Assembly (NCBI RefSeq): GCF_006345805.1
Contig: NC_043000.1
Location: forward strand, 124,868,001 to 124,932,000
Origin: Octopus sinensis
Taxonomy: Eukaryota
Direction: 5' to 3'
Length of the DNA: 64,000 nucleotides
Under the pieces are notes generated by a model that was given only the letters and a program-made list of their open reading frames with translations, was not told the origin of the DNA and did not search any database. This document shows positions 63,171 to 64,000 of the stretch, in pieces. Made by a program: the position numbers and the translations under genes. How positions within the stretch are numbered: position 1 is the stretch's first letter; every line of letters begins with the position of its first letter.

Positions 63171-64000
63171 AGCTTGCGAGACAAAGACCTTGCAAGCTAT
63201 GCATTTATACTCTGACACATATACCTTATCTTTGTATCGGTGTGCATGCAACCATCTTATTTATTGCTCTTTTTTACCTTCCTCTGTGTGGAGTATGTAC
63301 CAGTGTACATTATTTGTGTGTGTGTGTGTGTGAGTATGTGCATGCGTGCATATATAATATGCCTCCTATAATCATAATAAAACACACCTGAGTGTGTATT
63401 TTTTTTTTTATGTAAAGAGATTTGTAGGTTTTTCTACTTATTCATCACAATTAATGAAATTTAAACTCAACAGGGGAAAAAAAATTCTGAGCATAAGTGT
63501 AAAGGATGATTAATAAATAAAATATTACAAGACGAGTGTTTGTGAAGGATAAAAGAGAAAATAAGATATTAAATTATACGTAAGTATACACAATTTATTC
63601 TGAAATTGATCATAGACAATCAAAGAGTATAAAGCATTTGAATTAAGCTTGATACATCATATCACAATAACTAAATGTCCATTTGAGTGAATCCAACAGA
63701 ACATTTTATATTTCATGCATTATGGTTTTGAGACAAGATGTAGGAGATGTGCTATTCAATAAGTGTTTCTGCAAATTGAGACAAATTTGGTTGAATTAGT
63801 AACATAAATCTTGAACTGGCATTGATAAATTTATGGAATTTGATTATTATGATATATATTCTTCTAATAAGTATATTGACTGAGTAGTAAATGAGAGATT
63901 TTATTCTACTAAACCATTGGACATTTTACCAAAATACCAAACAGAAAAAAAAAATGGTAGTGTCCACTGAAAAATGGTAAACCCTGTGAGATCATTCCCA

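Overview
AT-rich eukaryotic genomic window, almost certainly from an octopus (the SINE families match those I recall from Octopus genomes; not verified by search). It is dominated by compound microsatellites and transposon debris. At least five tRNA-derived or LINE-tail SINE-like families are present (my labels A-F). There are also RTE and R4/Dong LINE remnants, mariner/Tc1/pogo/piggyBac elements and MITEs, two Helitron-like elements, and Penelope-like termini carrying hammerhead-ribozyme-like motifs. Nearly all long ORFs in the supplied track are microsatellite artefacts. Hidden in the repeats are phase-consistent minus-strand exons (34846-34983, 33329-33383, and probably the microexon 31868-31884) of a host gene for a cysteine-patterned protein, so much of the window may be intronic. 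The most notable structures are an inverted double-hammerhead Penelope terminus (17.1 kb), a second minimal hammerhead (62.7 kb), (TAA)n-targeted retroelements back-to-back (48.2-50.3 kb), a 97-bp fold-back (52.5 kb), a 94-bp minisatellite derived from a dispersed repeat (42.5 kb), and a nested RTE/mariner/Helitron stack whose RTE frame is restored in silico (23.4-25.0 kb). There is no prokaryotic content, CRISPR array, rRNA or intact transposase.
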